Assembly (NCBI GenBank): GCA_963843795.1
Contig: CAWJLW010000006.1
Span: 1,984,001-2,048,000 of the forward strand
Direction of reading: 5' to 3'
Length of the DNA stretch: 64,000 nt
DNA from: an uncultured bacterium
GTDB lineage: Bacteria; Armatimonadota; Abditibacteriia; Abditibacteriales; Abditibacteriaceae
The position numbers and the translations under genes are program-made. Each line of letters starts with the position of its first letter. Positions within the stretch are counted from its first letter, which is position 1. Shown here piece by piece: positions 1 through 9,746 of this stretch. The notes below the pieces were generated by a model. The model saw only the letters and a program-made list of their open reading frames with translations, searched no databases and had not been told where the DNA came from.

Positions 1-104
1 AGTTCGGCTTCTTTCAATCCGGTTTCGACCACGACGTTTCCGGCGCGACGCAAAATTTCCAGACCTTCGCCAGCGATGGGATCGCAAATGAGAATTTCAG
101 GCAT
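1..104 (-). CDS. serA: D-3-phosphoglycerate dehydrogenase, N-terminal fragment running off the window
   Basis: Manual translation from ATG at 104 gives MPEILICDPIAGEGLEILRRAGNVVVETGLKEAE, a typical SerA / D-2-hydroxyacid dehydrogenase start. Confidence 0.65.
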   Translation of the reverse strand, partial: MPEILICDPIAGEGLEILRRAGNVVVETGLKEAE

Positions 105-215
105 GATAAAAAGTTTGACTGCTCCAAATTTTGAAATACTATGAGTTGTTATTGAATTTATTGAATCGCCCGCAGTTTAGCCAATTCTGACGCTGCGTTT
201 AGCCCTTAAATCATC

Positions 216-3200
216 ATGCAAGTACTTGCACCGCGTTTTTCACTCTGCTTTCTGTTACTGCTCTGCACTTTCGCGCGCGCCCAAAACGGGGCGGATAATT
301 GGCAAAAATTTCTTGCGCCACCAGAGCTATCGCCAACCAACTTTCTTTTCACGGTTCAATCCAATGGCGATCAGGCCGAAGGGCAACTTCTGCTGGGGCA
401 AGATGGCTCGTGGCAGGTGCAAGTACTTGCTGGGCCAAATCCAGCGCGCGCAATTATCGGCAATGGCAAAGAAACGCGCGTTGTGGATAACGCGACCAAA
501 CGCGTGCAACGCTTCGATTTCGATGCGCTGAATGAATGGTTTCGGGGCTTCGATGTAGACAACGGCGGGCCGGCGAACGTTTGGCTACGGCCTTCACCGC
601 AACTGGTCGCGCAAAATTACGATGTAAAAATGAGCAGCGTTGGCGGGCAAACCGTGCTCGATTTGACCGCTAATGCGCGTGGCAGGTACTTGCAGCGCGA
701 GGGCGTTCTGGTCGGCGGTGCCGGCGGCGGACGTTATTACGCGGCGCGCAAGATTCCGGCTTGGAACCGACCTTATCGCATTCAATTGAAATTTTCGGCT
801 CCGCAAGTACTTGCCATGCGCACCGATTTCGCGCCCGATAATCGGGTGTTGCAAATGCTGGATTACAGCTACGAAAACGCGCGTCCAAAAACCATCACAG
901 TGCGCGATGCCGATAAACGTGTGCTGGCGACGTGGAGTTATCAGTGGTCAACACCTGATCCAACCGCACCCCCCGGTTTTGTCCTGCCCGATGCGCCAAT
1001 TATCGAAGAAAACACCCCAGGCGAAAATTTCGCCAATCAGGCGTCGCAGGTGTGGAATCAGGGCGTGATTCAAACGCGACGGGAAGATTGGCGCTCGGCG
1101 TTGGCTTCGTTCGCACGCGCCGGACAACTCGCGCCCGCAGCGTTAGCTGCGCCCAGCGCGCAGTTCGATGCCGCGCTGCAAGTGCGAGATACCGCAGCAA
1201 CTTTGGATGCCTTGGCGCACATCGCGAAAATCGCGGGCGACAGCGATTATGAAACCATTTCGCGTCGCTTGCGCTGGTACAGCTTGCAACGCGATTCAAC
1301 CGCGGCGCGCGCCGATTTAAATGCGCTGGCTGCCGATAAAACGCCACGTTCGCAATGGCTGCGCGCGACGACGTGGCGCACTTTGGGCGACCAAGCCGCT
1401 GCCGTTCAAGCGGCCCGCGAGACTTTGGATAATCCGCAAACGCCAGCTAGTCTCGCTTTCGATGCCGCCGCATTTTTGATTGAAATCGCGCCCGCGACTT
1501 TGGCCGCCGAAATCGAAAAAAATACAACCAACGCTCCCGCGCATCAAATTGCCGCACGTTTACTGCGCAACCAAGTCACACCCTTGAGCGCCGCACAACT
1601 CCAAGAAAATGTCACACATGTACGCGCGCTGGTCTTGGTGGCGCGCACGTTGGAAGCACGCGGAGAGGACACGACAACGGTCTGGCAAAAAATCGTGGAC
1701 ACGGCGACAACTCCGCTGCAACAAATCGCGCAACGCCAATTGATGGCGCTGGCCGCACAGCGCGGTGATGCCCCCGCAAGTCTCACGATTTACACCGATT
1801 TGGCTGGGAATTTGAGCGACAACGATGTGGCGAGTTTGCAAAATTACTTGTTCAACGCGTGGGATAAATCAGGCAACATCGAAAAGCTGCGCGTTTCGAT
1901 GCAGAATCGCGCCATCAGCGTGCGCGCCCCTAGTTCCGACGCGCGTTTGTGGCTGGCTTATCAGCAGCAATACGCAAGCGCGGAGGAAGTTGCCAACAGC
2001 CTAAAAACCTTCGCGCTACGTTTTGGTGGTGCCAATGTTGATGGAAAAACGGCGGCGTGGTGGCACAGCGCGCTGGCCGAATATTATACCGGACAGGCCG
2101 AAACTGATAGCGTTTCGGGGACCAATTCCGTGCGCGACACTGCTTATCGCAACGCGCTGACGACGATTGACAAAGCCATTGGCGCTGATCCGGCAACGCG
2201 TTTTTATCAGATTCAAAAAGACTTGATCTCGATTCGTCGCGCCTCGCGCACCGCGCGCATTTCCGATGCAGGCACTGCGGTCGCCGAACGCGAAGCCGCA
2301 CAACGAGCGCTGGAACATCTGCGCACGCTTGATCCCGACGATCTCGATCTTCAAATCACCAGCGGCATCGCGCGCGTGGCAATGAACAAAGATACCGAGC
2401 AGGCGATTGCCGATTTTCGCGGTGCGATTGGTGGAGATGTCAGCTCTCCAGGTGCGCAACTCAACTTGCACGCAGCAATGCTGACGGCGAGGCAAGGTTT
2501 GGCCTCGGCTCTTTTGCAAAATAAAGATAACGCGGGCGCGCTGGCCGAATATGGACGTTTACTGGACGGCGCGCGCGAATCGGTGGTCGAAAGCGGCGTG
2601 GCGCTCAATGCGCTGAATGTTTTCGTCCCCACGCACGATGCAGTGGGCGCAGCAGGCTTGTCGGCACGTCTGGTAGCCGCGCCGTGGCGGTGGAGCGATA
2701 CGCAATCGCTGCTGGGCGACTGGTTTTCCGCTGTAGCGCGCCGTCCCGAATTTTTGCCCGCTGTGCGCGATGCGCTGGGCAAAAATTCCACAGCCGCCGC
2801 GCATTTAGCCGCTGCTTTAATCGACTTCACGCTTTTGGAAAATGCGCAGGCCAAAGCCGCGATGCCACAGGCCACTCCCGAAACCCGCGTCGCGCTTAAT
2901 CAGGTGGTCGCGCTGTGGCAAAATAGCGCGCAGCGCGTGCAGCAGATCGCTGCGAGCGATGATCCGATTTTATCACTGCAAGCTAACGCGCTCCTCGCCC
3001 AAGATGCCCTGACCAAACGCGATTACAACACTGCCGCAACTTACTACGCAGCAGCCATCGCGCGCGAACCGCTCGATTTGAACTTGCGTTTGGCTTATAC
3101 CAGCGCATTGGCCGCTGCGCCCGCGAACGTTGAGAACACAGACAAAATTATCGCAGCCCGCGACGATTACCTGCTGCGCGCGGGTCGCAGCGTTCTCAAT

Positions 3201-3575
3201 CTGCGCTACGCGGCGTCGATGTCGCTGCAAGCCCAACGCAATCAGGACGCCGTGGATTTGGCGCGCGAAGCTTTTCAGCGCGCGACCTTCGATGATAGCC
3301 AACTTTGGTTGTGGCGCGAAAGCGCTTTTCTCTATGCGCGTGCTCTGGCAGCGAACGGCAATAACGACGAAGCACAAAAACGGCTCACCAATTTGAGCGC
3401 GGCGCGCTGGGAAACTTTCCAACGCGTGGCCGCCTTGCAAGACGCGGCACGTCTGGCGCGCGCCGATGGCAAAGAACCCGAAGCCGCGCGTTTGGAGGCG
3501 CAAATACAAGGCATGGGTGCGAGCGCTCAAGATATGGCTTCAGCTCAAAACTTTCTGCGCGGTTTGGACGGTTGA
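216..3575 (+). CDS. Large secreted protein: beta-rich (LolA-like) N-terminal region followed by TPR-like helical repeats
   Basis: 1119-aa ORF with a signal peptide (FSLCFLLLLCTFARA-Q) and Ala/Leu-rich TPR-like helices. The domain names are pattern-based guesses. Confidence 0.7.
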   Translation: MQVLAPRFSLCFLLLLCTFARAQNGADNWQKFLAPPELSPTNFLFTVQSNGDQAEGQLLLGQDGSWQVQVLAGPNPARAIIGNGKETRVVDNATKRVQRFDFDALNEWFRGFDVDNGGPANVWLRPSPQLVAQNYDVKMSSVGGQTVLDLTANARGRYLQREGVLVGGAGGGRYYAARKIPAWNRPYRIQLKFSAPQVLAMRTDFAPDNRVLQMLDYSYENARPKTITVRDADKRVLATWSYQWSTPDPTAPPGFVLPDAPIIEENTPGENFANQASQVWNQGVIQTRREDWRSALASFARAGQLAPAALAAPSAQFDAALQVRDTAATLDALAHIAKIAGDSDYETISRRLRWYSLQRDSTAARADLNALAADKTPRSQWLRATTWRTLGDQAAAVQAARETLDNPQTPASLAFDAAAFLIEIAPATLAAEIEKNTTNAPAHQIAARLLRNQVTPLSAAQLQENVTHVRALVLVARTLEARGEDTTTVWQKIVDTATTPLQQIAQRQLMALAAQRGDAPASLTIYTDLAGNLSDNDVASLQNYLFNAWDKSGNIEKLRVSMQNRAISVRAPSSDARLWLAYQQQYASAEEVANSLKTFALRFGGANVDGKTAAWWHSALAEYYTGQAETDSVSGTNSVRDTAYRNALTTIDKAIGADPATRFYQIQKDLISIRRASRTARISDAGTAVAEREAAQRALEHLRTLDPDDLDLQITSGIARVAMNKDTEQAIADFRGAIGGDVSSPGAQLNLHAAMLTARQGLASALLQNKDNAGALAEYGRLLDGARESVVESGVALNALNVFVPTHDAVGAAGLSARLVAAPWRWSDTQSLLGDWFSAVARRPEFLPAVRDALGKNSTAAAHLAAALIDFTLLENAQAKAAMPQATPETRVALNQVVALWQNSAQRVQQIAASDDPILSLQANALLAQDALTKRDYNTAATYYAAAIAREPLDLNLRLAYTSALAAAPANVENTDKIIAARDDYLLRAGRSVLNLRYAASMSLQAQRNQDAVDLAREAFQRATFDDSQLWLWRESAFLYARALAANGNNDEAQKRLTNLSAARWETFQRVAALQDAARLARADGKEPEAARLEAQIQGMGASAQDMASAQNFLRGLDG

Positions 3576-3608
3576 AGTGCGCTGCAAGTACTTGCAGCGC
3601 ACTTCAAC
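3571..3608. terminator. 38-bp perfect palindrome centred on the motif, between convergent genes
   Basis: GTTGAAGTGCGCTGCAAGT/ACTTGCAGCGCACTTCAAC. It contains both stop codons and has no clear U-tract. Confidence 0.6.
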
Positions 3609-4068
3609 GCGCGAATTTGACGATAATCACACGCAACGCCGAATCAATTTGTGCCAGTTCGTTCACTATGATTTCCAAAGCTTCGACTTCGCTAAAACTG
3701 CCCGCGCCCGAACCGATAATTGGTAAAGCCAGCGAGTTGTAATTGTGCTTTTCGGCCAAGGCGATGGCGTTGCGCACGCTGTGGCGAATCGAAAATTCCG
3801 ACGCGCGCCAGAAGCCATTAATTCCCGCTACATGAACAATACCGCGAAATGGCAATTGGCCCGCTGAAGTGTGAACCGCTTGGCCAAGCGGAATCGGGCC
3901 ATATTGGCCGATTTCTCGAAACGGCTGTAAGCCGCCGCGTTTTTTAATCGCGCCCGAAACGCCATGCGGCCACAACAGCCACCATGGAATAATGTTGCGA
4001 TTCCAAGCGTTCACAATGGCATCAACTTTTTGATTCAACAAATCGCCTTCAATGATTTCGGCTTTCAT
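3604..4068 (-). CDS. Macro domain (ADP-ribose-binding/processing) protein
   Basis: GDLLNQKVDAIVNAWN...GVSGAI...G..P.G.AV.T...SLALP.IGSG macro-domain motifs. Likely start is ATG 4068. Confidence 0.9.
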   Translation of the reverse strand: MKAEIIEGDLLNQKVDAIVNAWNRNIIPWWLLWPHGVSGAIKKRGGLQPFREIGQYGPIPLGQAVHTSAGQLPFRGIVHVAGINGFWRASEFSIRHSVRNAIALAEKHNYNSLALPIIGSGAGSFSEVEALEIIVNELAQIDSALRVIIVKFAR

Positions 4069-4164
4069 ATATTTTCCTGATTTCCGGGTGCAAGTACTTG
4101 CCATATCAGTTTGCCTGAACAACAGATTTACATTTCATTCTTCAATTTTCGATAAAGTATCTTC

Positions 4165-5775
4165 GTGACTAAATCATCCAACACGCGCCCGCTGCAAGCC
4201 GCCAAACTGCTGGCCGGTGCGTTTTTCTTATCCAAAATCATCGGTTTTGTGCAACTTACGCTTATCAAAGCGCTCTTGCCCGGCGGAGATGCCGATGCTT
4301 ATGTGGCCGCGTTTATTCTGCCTGATATTGTGAATTATCTGGTCGCGGGCGGCGCGCTTTCGGTCACCTTCATTCCAATTTTCAATGGTTTGCAGCAAGA
4401 TGGCGACGAGCGCGGCGCGTGGCGTTTTTTTTCGACGGTCGCCACATTGATGGGATTAGCTTTGCTGGTTTTTGTCACGCTGGGCGTGATTTTCACGCCG
4501 CAGTTGGTTGCCATCACCGCGCCCGGGCTGACCGAACCCGATAAAAAAGCCACTTTCGATTTGACCGTCGCCATGACGCGCGTGGTTTTGCCGTCGCAAT
4601 TATTTTTCTATCTGGGCGGTATGTTTGTCGGTGTCTTGAACGCGTTCAAGCGCTTTGCGGCTTCGGGCTTCACCAGCGTTTTAAACAACGTCATTGCCAT
4701 CGGCGCCGGTGTCGGATTGTGGTGGCTTTCCGGCGGCAGTCCGATGGGTTTCGCGTGGGGAATTTTGCTGGGCGCGCTGGGAGGCAATTTCGTGCTGCCA
4801 TTTTTGGCGCTTAAAAGCGGTCCAAAAGAGCATCGACTGCAATTCGGCTTGTCATTCGATTATAAGCAGCCCGCGGTAAAAAAGTTCTTCATCAACACCG
4901 TGCCGATTATGATTGGTGTTTCGCTCCCCGTCGTCGATCAAATTGTGGTGCGCTTCTTTTCGTCGGAATTTAGCGAAGGCGCAATGAGCAATCTGGCGAT
5001 GGGCAATCGCTTCATGGTGGCGCCATTGGCAGTTGTAGCACAAGCGGCAAGCGTGGCGGCGTTTCCTTATCTTGCCAGCGATTCGCACGCGCAGAACTGG
5101 CCCAAGTTCGCCGAATTTTTGCGCACCGGTTTGCGCCGTTTGATGTTTCTGACACTGCCGATGTCGATGTTGCTGATTTTGATTTCTCAGCCTTTATTGC
5201 GCTTGTTCGAATTCGGACAATTGAATCGTTTCAGCGCCGATCAGATCGCGGTTGCCTTCGCGTTTTACTGCGTGGGCTTGTTCGCGTGGGCCGGACAACA
5301 GTTCATTGCGCGCGGCTTTTACGCCCTGCAAGACACCCGCACTCCGACAATTATCGGCTCTTTATTAACCTTTTTCTTTTTTCTGCCGCTAACTTGGTTC
5401 ATGGCACGTTGGGGCATTTTGGGTCTGGCCCTCGCAACCAGTATTGGAGCGGGCGCCCATTTTGTCGCGATTACCTGTTTTCTCAGCAACCGACTGCGCC
5501 GTTACCCGTATCGAGCGCCGCTGCGTTTAATCGCGATTGTCGGCACTATGCTGCGGACGGGAACCGCGTGCGCAATTATGGCCATTGTCGGGCTAAGCGC
5601 CAATCGGCTGGCGCTGTGGGCGCTGGGCGATAACACTGGAAAAGGCAGCGAATTAGTGCGCATAATTTTCGTGACGGTGCTGGCGCTGTGGGCCTTTGGC
5701 AACGCAGCGACGCAATTTAACATTCCCGAATGGTTCTGGCTGCGTCAGAAATTCCTGCGGCGCAAAGGTACTTGA
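4165..5775 (+). CDS. murJ: Lipid II flippase MurJ (MviN)
   Basis: Many TM helices with DAYVAAFILPD...GGALSVTFIP and FYALQDTRTP signatures. Confidence 0.92.
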   Translation: MTKSSNTRPLQAAKLLAGAFFLSKIIGFVQLTLIKALLPGGDADAYVAAFILPDIVNYLVAGGALSVTFIPIFNGLQQDGDERGAWRFFSTVATLMGLALLVFVTLGVIFTPQLVAITAPGLTEPDKKATFDLTVAMTRVVLPSQLFFYLGGMFVGVLNAFKRFAASGFTSVLNNVIAIGAGVGLWWLSGGSPMGFAWGILLGALGGNFVLPFLALKSGPKEHRLQFGLSFDYKQPAVKKFFINTVPIMIGVSLPVVDQIVVRFFSSEFSEGAMSNLAMGNRFMVAPLAVVAQAASVAAFPYLASDSHAQNWPKFAEFLRTGLRRLMFLTLPMSMLLILISQPLLRLFEFGQLNRFSADQIAVAFAFYCVGLFAWAGQQFIARGFYALQDTRTPTIIGSLLTFFFFLPLTWFMARWGILGLALATSIGAGAHFVAITCFLSNRLRRYPYRAPLRLIAIVGTMLRTGTACAIMAIVGLSANRLALWALGDNTGKGSELVRIIFVTVLALWAFGNAATQFNIPEWFWLRQKFLRRKGT

Positions 5776-5864
5776 AAATCGTCACTGCAAGCACTTGCCC
5801 GAAAATGTGCGGCCCCAAATTTGCATTTATTGTCAATATCCCACAGTCGTATGGAGGTAAAACC

Positions 5865-6083
5865 ATGAGTTCTACTGAAGACAAAGTGCGTGGCACCGGC
5901 AACGAAGCCGTCGGCAACGTGAAACAAGCCATTGGTGATGCGACCGATAACGAGCAGATGCAGGCCGAAGGCCAGGCGCAGGAAACCAAGGGTGAGGCAC
6001 AAAAAGCGCTGGGCAATGCCAAAGACGCTATCGGCGATGCCTTACATAACGCGGGCGAAAAGCTCAAAGGCTCTGGCTCTTAA
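5865..6083 (+). CDS. CsbD family stress protein
   Basis: EDKVRG..NEAVGNVKQAIGDATDNEQMQAEG pattern. GGAGG RBS before ATG 5865. Confidence 0.9.
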   Translation: MSSTEDKVRGTGNEAVGNVKQAIGDATDNEQMQAEGQAQETKGEAQKALGNAKDAIGDALHNAGEKLKGSGS

Positions 6084-6111
6084 AATTGGACGCTGCAAGT
6101 GCTTGCAGACG

Positions 6112-6147
6112 AAAACGCGCCCTTCATTGGTTTGAAGGGCGCGTTTT
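6112..6147 (+). terminator. Conventional intrinsic terminator with no motif core
   Basis: AAAACGCGCCCTTCA-ttggtt-TGAAGGGCGCGTTTT downstream of the CsbD gene. Confidence 0.85.
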
Positions 6148-6220
6148 GTGTTAGTTTGCCTTCTGCAAGTACTTGCAGCACACTATCGAGTTCCTAACAA
6201 CCCCAGCAAGGAGTTTTCCG

Positions 6221-6991
6221 ATGAACGCGACGACGCCACAAGTTTTATCCGATGCGCAAAAAGCGCAATTTCACGACGAAGGTTACTGCATTTTGGAAGG
6301 CGTTATTTCAAGTGCGCAACTTGAAATGTTGCGCGAAGAATGCGCGCACTGGATTGCAGCAATGGACGCGGAAATGGATGCCAAAGGCGTAACCACTCTG
6401 GGCATCACGCACAAAGGAAATCGTTATTTTGTTAGCAATAAATGGCAGGAAAGCCCGCGTCTGCAAAGTTTTATCTGGAGCGAACTGATGACGGGCATTT
6501 GTCGCGACACGCTGGGCGAAAACGCGTTTTTATTTCACGAGCAATATGTAGTCAAAGCCGCCGAAAAAGGCATGAAATTCGGCTGGCATCAGGATTCGGG
6601 TTATGTCGGTCACGACCACAAGCCGTATCTCACTTGCTGGTGTACTTTGGATGATGTGAATGAGGAAAACGGCACGGTTTACATCCTGCCCTATGAGCGC
6701 GCGGGCACGCGCGCTTGGGTGCGCCACACAAAAGAAGAAGGCAGCAACGATCTCATCGGCTATAACGGCGACGATCCCGGCATTCCCGTAATTTGTCCTG
6801 CCGGAAGCATCGCGGTATTTTCCAGTACGACTTTTCATCGCAGCGGCCCCAACAAAACCGACCAAATGCGCCGCATTTACTTGCCCCAGTATTCCGCCGA
6901 ACCAATTACCAACCAAGCGGGCGACAAATTGTGGAATCATGCCGCGCCGGTTCTGGAAAACGGGAAAATCGTCGCGCCGCCCGCGGTTTAA
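6221..6991 (+). CDS. Phytanoyl-CoA dioxygenase (PhyH) family Fe/2OG dioxygenase
   Basis: WHQD motif, LTCWCTLDDVNEENG and HRSGPN..R. AAGGAG RBS. Confidence 0.9.
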   Translation: MNATTPQVLSDAQKAQFHDEGYCILEGVISSAQLEMLREECAHWIAAMDAEMDAKGVTTLGITHKGNRYFVSNKWQESPRLQSFIWSELMTGICRDTLGENAFLFHEQYVVKAAEKGMKFGWHQDSGYVGHDHKPYLTCWCTLDDVNEENGTVYILPYERAGTRAWVRHTKEEGSNDLIGYNGDDPGIPVICPAGSIAVFSSTTFHRSGPNKTDQMRRIYLPQYSAEPITNQAGDKLWNHAAPVLENGKIVAPPAV

Positions 6992-6994
6992 CTT

Positions 6995-7648
6995 ATGAAA
7001 CAACCGTTTCCCGGACGCATTACCGCGATTTCCGCACAGGCTCGTTTGCGGAGGCATCTGGGAACGCGCGTCAATATCTCAATCGACGGCGAATATTCCT
7101 TTTCTATCGATCAGGAATTGGCGATTAAGCGCGAATTGCGCATCGGTCACGTTTTAAGCGAAGCCGACTTGTCCGACCTTTTGAATGCCGACGGCGAAGC
7201 CAAAGCTCTCGCAAAAGCCTTGTTTTTCATGGGGTATCGGCCGCGTTCGACGCAGGAAGTGCGCGCGCGTTTGGAGCGCGACGAATGGCCCGATGAAGTT
7301 ATCGAGCGCGTATTACAACGTTTGCGAGAAGCGCGACTTTTGCACGATGCGACGTTCGCGGCCAATTGGGTGGAAAATCGTTCGCATTCCAAACCGCGCG
7401 GCGCGTATGCGCTGCGCCAAGAATTACGTCAGAAAGGCATTGCGCGCGACGACATCGAAGCCGCTCTACCCGATTCGGATCAGGAAAACGAGAATGCGCT
7501 GGCGGCGTTACGCAGCAAACTGCGTTCTTTTGAAAAGTATGAAGGCCGCGAGCGCGAACAGAAAATGATGGCGTTTTTACAACGTCGCGGCTTTAATTTT
7601 GGTGTAGCGCGCGCAGCGATTCGGGCCTTGGATGAAGAGGAGGAATAG
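6995..7648 (+). CDS. recX: Regulatory protein RecX
   Basis: RPRS..EVR.RL, D..FA..WV..R, G...LRQELRQKGI and FLQRRGF motifs. Confidence 0.92.
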   Translation: MKQPFPGRITAISAQARLRRHLGTRVNISIDGEYSFSIDQELAIKRELRIGHVLSEADLSDLLNADGEAKALAKALFFMGYRPRSTQEVRARLERDEWPDEVIERVLQRLREARLLHDATFAANWVENRSHSKPRGAYALRQELRQKGIARDDIEAALPDSDQENENALAALRSKLRSFEKYEGREREQKMMAFLQRRGFNFGVARAAIRALDEEEE

Positions 7649-7682
7649 AAAAGCGCGCTGCAAGTACTTGTAGCGCGCTTTT
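7649..7682. terminator. Bidirectional terminator built on a motif variant
   Basis: AAAAGCGCGCTGCAAGTACTTGTAGCGCGCTTTT (one mismatch) between convergent stop codons. Confidence 0.8.
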
Positions 7683-7935
7683 ATTGAATAATTTTCTTAT
7701 CTGCATCTTCTTTTTCGGTCGAAATTTTAGATTCGCCCCAGCGACTTTCACGCTTCCATAAAACGTAAGCGAGAAGCAGAAATGGCGAAATCGCAATCAA
7801 AATTTGCACCCCCAAATCGGTGACATGGAAATAATCGAAAATCACAAAACACAAGGCACCATATCCCATGATAATCAAGGGAAATATCACAAGTTGCCAA
7901 ATACCTTCGCCGACAAACTCGGTTAGAAACTTCAT
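7681..7935 (-). CDS. Small hypothetical membrane protein (2 TM)
   Basis: 84-aa ORF with two hydrophobic segments, filling the gap between recX and the next gene. Confidence 0.6.
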   Translation of the reverse strand: MKFLTEFVGEGIWQLVIFPLIIMGYGALCFVIFDYFHVTDLGVQILIAISPFLLLAYVLWKRESRWGESKISTEKEDADKKIIQ

Positions 7936-8043
7936 ATTTTGCCTTTGATTTCAATTCTCTCCACAAATCGCGTAGCAAGTACTTGCAGCGCCTTCGTCAA
8001 CCATTAAACTGCGCCCTGATTCCCATTTTTGGAGCTTAAACTT

Positions 8044-9078
8044 ATGAAGCAGTTACGCATTGGATTTATTGGTTCGGGCGGCATGGCCGACGCGCATCTC
8101 AAAGGTTTAGCGGATGCCGAACAGTTTCCCGAAGTGCAGCTTGCCGCGTTTTGCGACATCGCCATCGAACGCGCGCAGGCGCAGTGCGATAAATATCCCG
8201 AACATAACCCGACCGCTTACGCTTCGCCGCAAACCATGATCGCCGAAGCCGGTTTGGATGCGTGCTACGTTTTACTGCCGCCGTTCGCGCATGGTGACGC
8301 CGAGCGCGCTTGCATCGAGGGCCATGTACCGTTTCTGACTGAAAAGCCGATTGGCCTCGATCTAGGTTTATTGCGCGAATTGCGCGATGAAGTGAAAAGC
8401 CAAAATTTGATGGCCGCAGCGGGTTACATGAATCGCTATCAGCCCTCAGTCAAGCGCGCCAAAGAAGCGATGAGCAGCGATGAAGCGGTGTTAGCTTACG
8501 GTTGGTGGCTGGGCGGGCCGCCGTTGCAGCGCGAAGGCAAAACTCCCTTCATTATGCAATGGTGGGCCAAAAAAGAGCGCAGTGGTGGGCAATTTCACGA
8601 ACAAGTCACGCATACCGTAGACTTGGCGCGCTATTTTCTGGGCGATGCGGTCGAAGTTTTCGCGCACGCCACGACCAGTTTTAATCATAAATTGTCCAAC
8701 TTGGTCGAAGGCTACAATATCGATGACGCTCTAACGACCAGTATCAAGTTTAAAAACGGCGCGATTGCGTCGTTGATGGCCTCAGTCGCTACACCGGTGG
8801 GTGGCAATATCACTCTAGATATTTACGGTACCAAAAGCACGGTCAAGTTTTCCGGCTGGGGCCACGACGCGACGATCATGCGCCAAGACGAAGAACCCGA
8901 AATCGTCAAAAGCGCGGGCGAAATTTTCGCTATCGAGGATCGTGCATTTCTGGACGCGGTGCAAACTGGCGATGCGAGAAAAATCCTGGCGCCCTATGTC
9001 GATTCGTTCAAAACTGCGCAGATTACGATTGCCGCCAATCAAAGCGCGCAAAGCGGCAAGCCGGTTGAAATCGATTAA
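8044..9078 (+). CDS. Gfo/Idh/MocA family oxidoreductase
   Basis: IGFIGSGGMA Rossmann fold, EKP motif, H..DLAR. Confidence 0.92.
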   Translation: MKQLRIGFIGSGGMADAHLKGLADAEQFPEVQLAAFCDIAIERAQAQCDKYPEHNPTAYASPQTMIAEAGLDACYVLLPPFAHGDAERACIEGHVPFLTEKPIGLDLGLLRELRDEVKSQNLMAAAGYMNRYQPSVKRAKEAMSSDEAVLAYGWWLGGPPLQREGKTPFIMQWWAKKERSGGQFHEQVTHTVDLARYFLGDAVEVFAHATTSFNHKLSNLVEGYNIDDALTTSIKFKNGAIASLMASVATPVGGNITLDIYGTKSTVKFSGWGHDATIMRQDEEPEIVKSAGEIFAIEDRAFLDAVQTGDARKILAPYVDSFKTAQITIAANQSAQSGKPVEID

Positions 9079-9162
9079 TTTGCTCAATTACCGGCATGCG
9101 TCTTGCCGAATTTCTCGGTCAAATGCTGCTGCAAGTACTTGCAAAGCACGAGGAGAAAAATT

Positions 9163-9660
9163 ATGAGCGAAGATAAAAAACACGATATTGAAAAAGTCAA
9201 TGAACTGATTCAAGACATTGAAATTGCGATGTTGACCACGATAGACGAAAACGGCGATTTGCATGCGCGCCCAATGGCAACGCAAAAAGCTGATTTCGAC
9301 GGCGAAATCTGGTTTTTCACCGATGCCAATTCGCATAAAGTCGATGAAATTAAGGAAGATCAGCGCGTAAACGTCAGCTATTCTTCACCAGGTGGCAACA
9401 GTTTCGTGTCGATTTCGGGCACGGCGAAATTAGTCACGGATAAAGCCAAAATCGAGGAATTGTATACACCCGCTCTCAAAGCCTGGTTTCCCGACGGGAC
9501 GGACACGCCCGGCATCGCGCTGCTGAAAATTACAGCAGAAAGCGCGCAATATTGGGACGCACCCAACAATGCAATTGTCAAATTGGCTGGTTTCGTGAAA
9601 GCAACCGCGACCGGCGAGCGCTATCAACCCGGCGAAAACGAAAAAGTGCAAATTAAATAA
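9163..9660 (+). CDS. Pyridoxamine 5'-phosphate oxidase-like general stress protein
   Basis: IAMLTT...LHARPM...IWFFT...K..EI and AWFPDG. AGGAG RBS. Confidence 0.9.
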   Translation: MSEDKKHDIEKVNELIQDIEIAMLTTIDENGDLHARPMATQKADFDGEIWFFTDANSHKVDEIKEDQRVNVSYSSPGGNSFVSISGTAKLVTDKAKIEELYTPALKAWFPDGTDTPGIALLKITAESAQYWDAPNNAIVKLAGFVKATATGERYQPGENEKVQIK

Positions 9661-9680
9661 ACGCCAAACGCGACAAAACC

Positions 9681-9714
9681 AAACCGCGTGCATCCAAACG
9701 ATGCGCGCGGTTTT
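9681..9714 (+). terminator. Conventional intrinsic terminator
   Basis: AAACCGCGTGCATC-caaac-GATGCGCGCGGTTTT after the stop at 9660. Confidence 0.75.
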
Positions 9715-9746
9715 ACATTGTCAGGTTCACCAGCGCTGGGTTGAAT

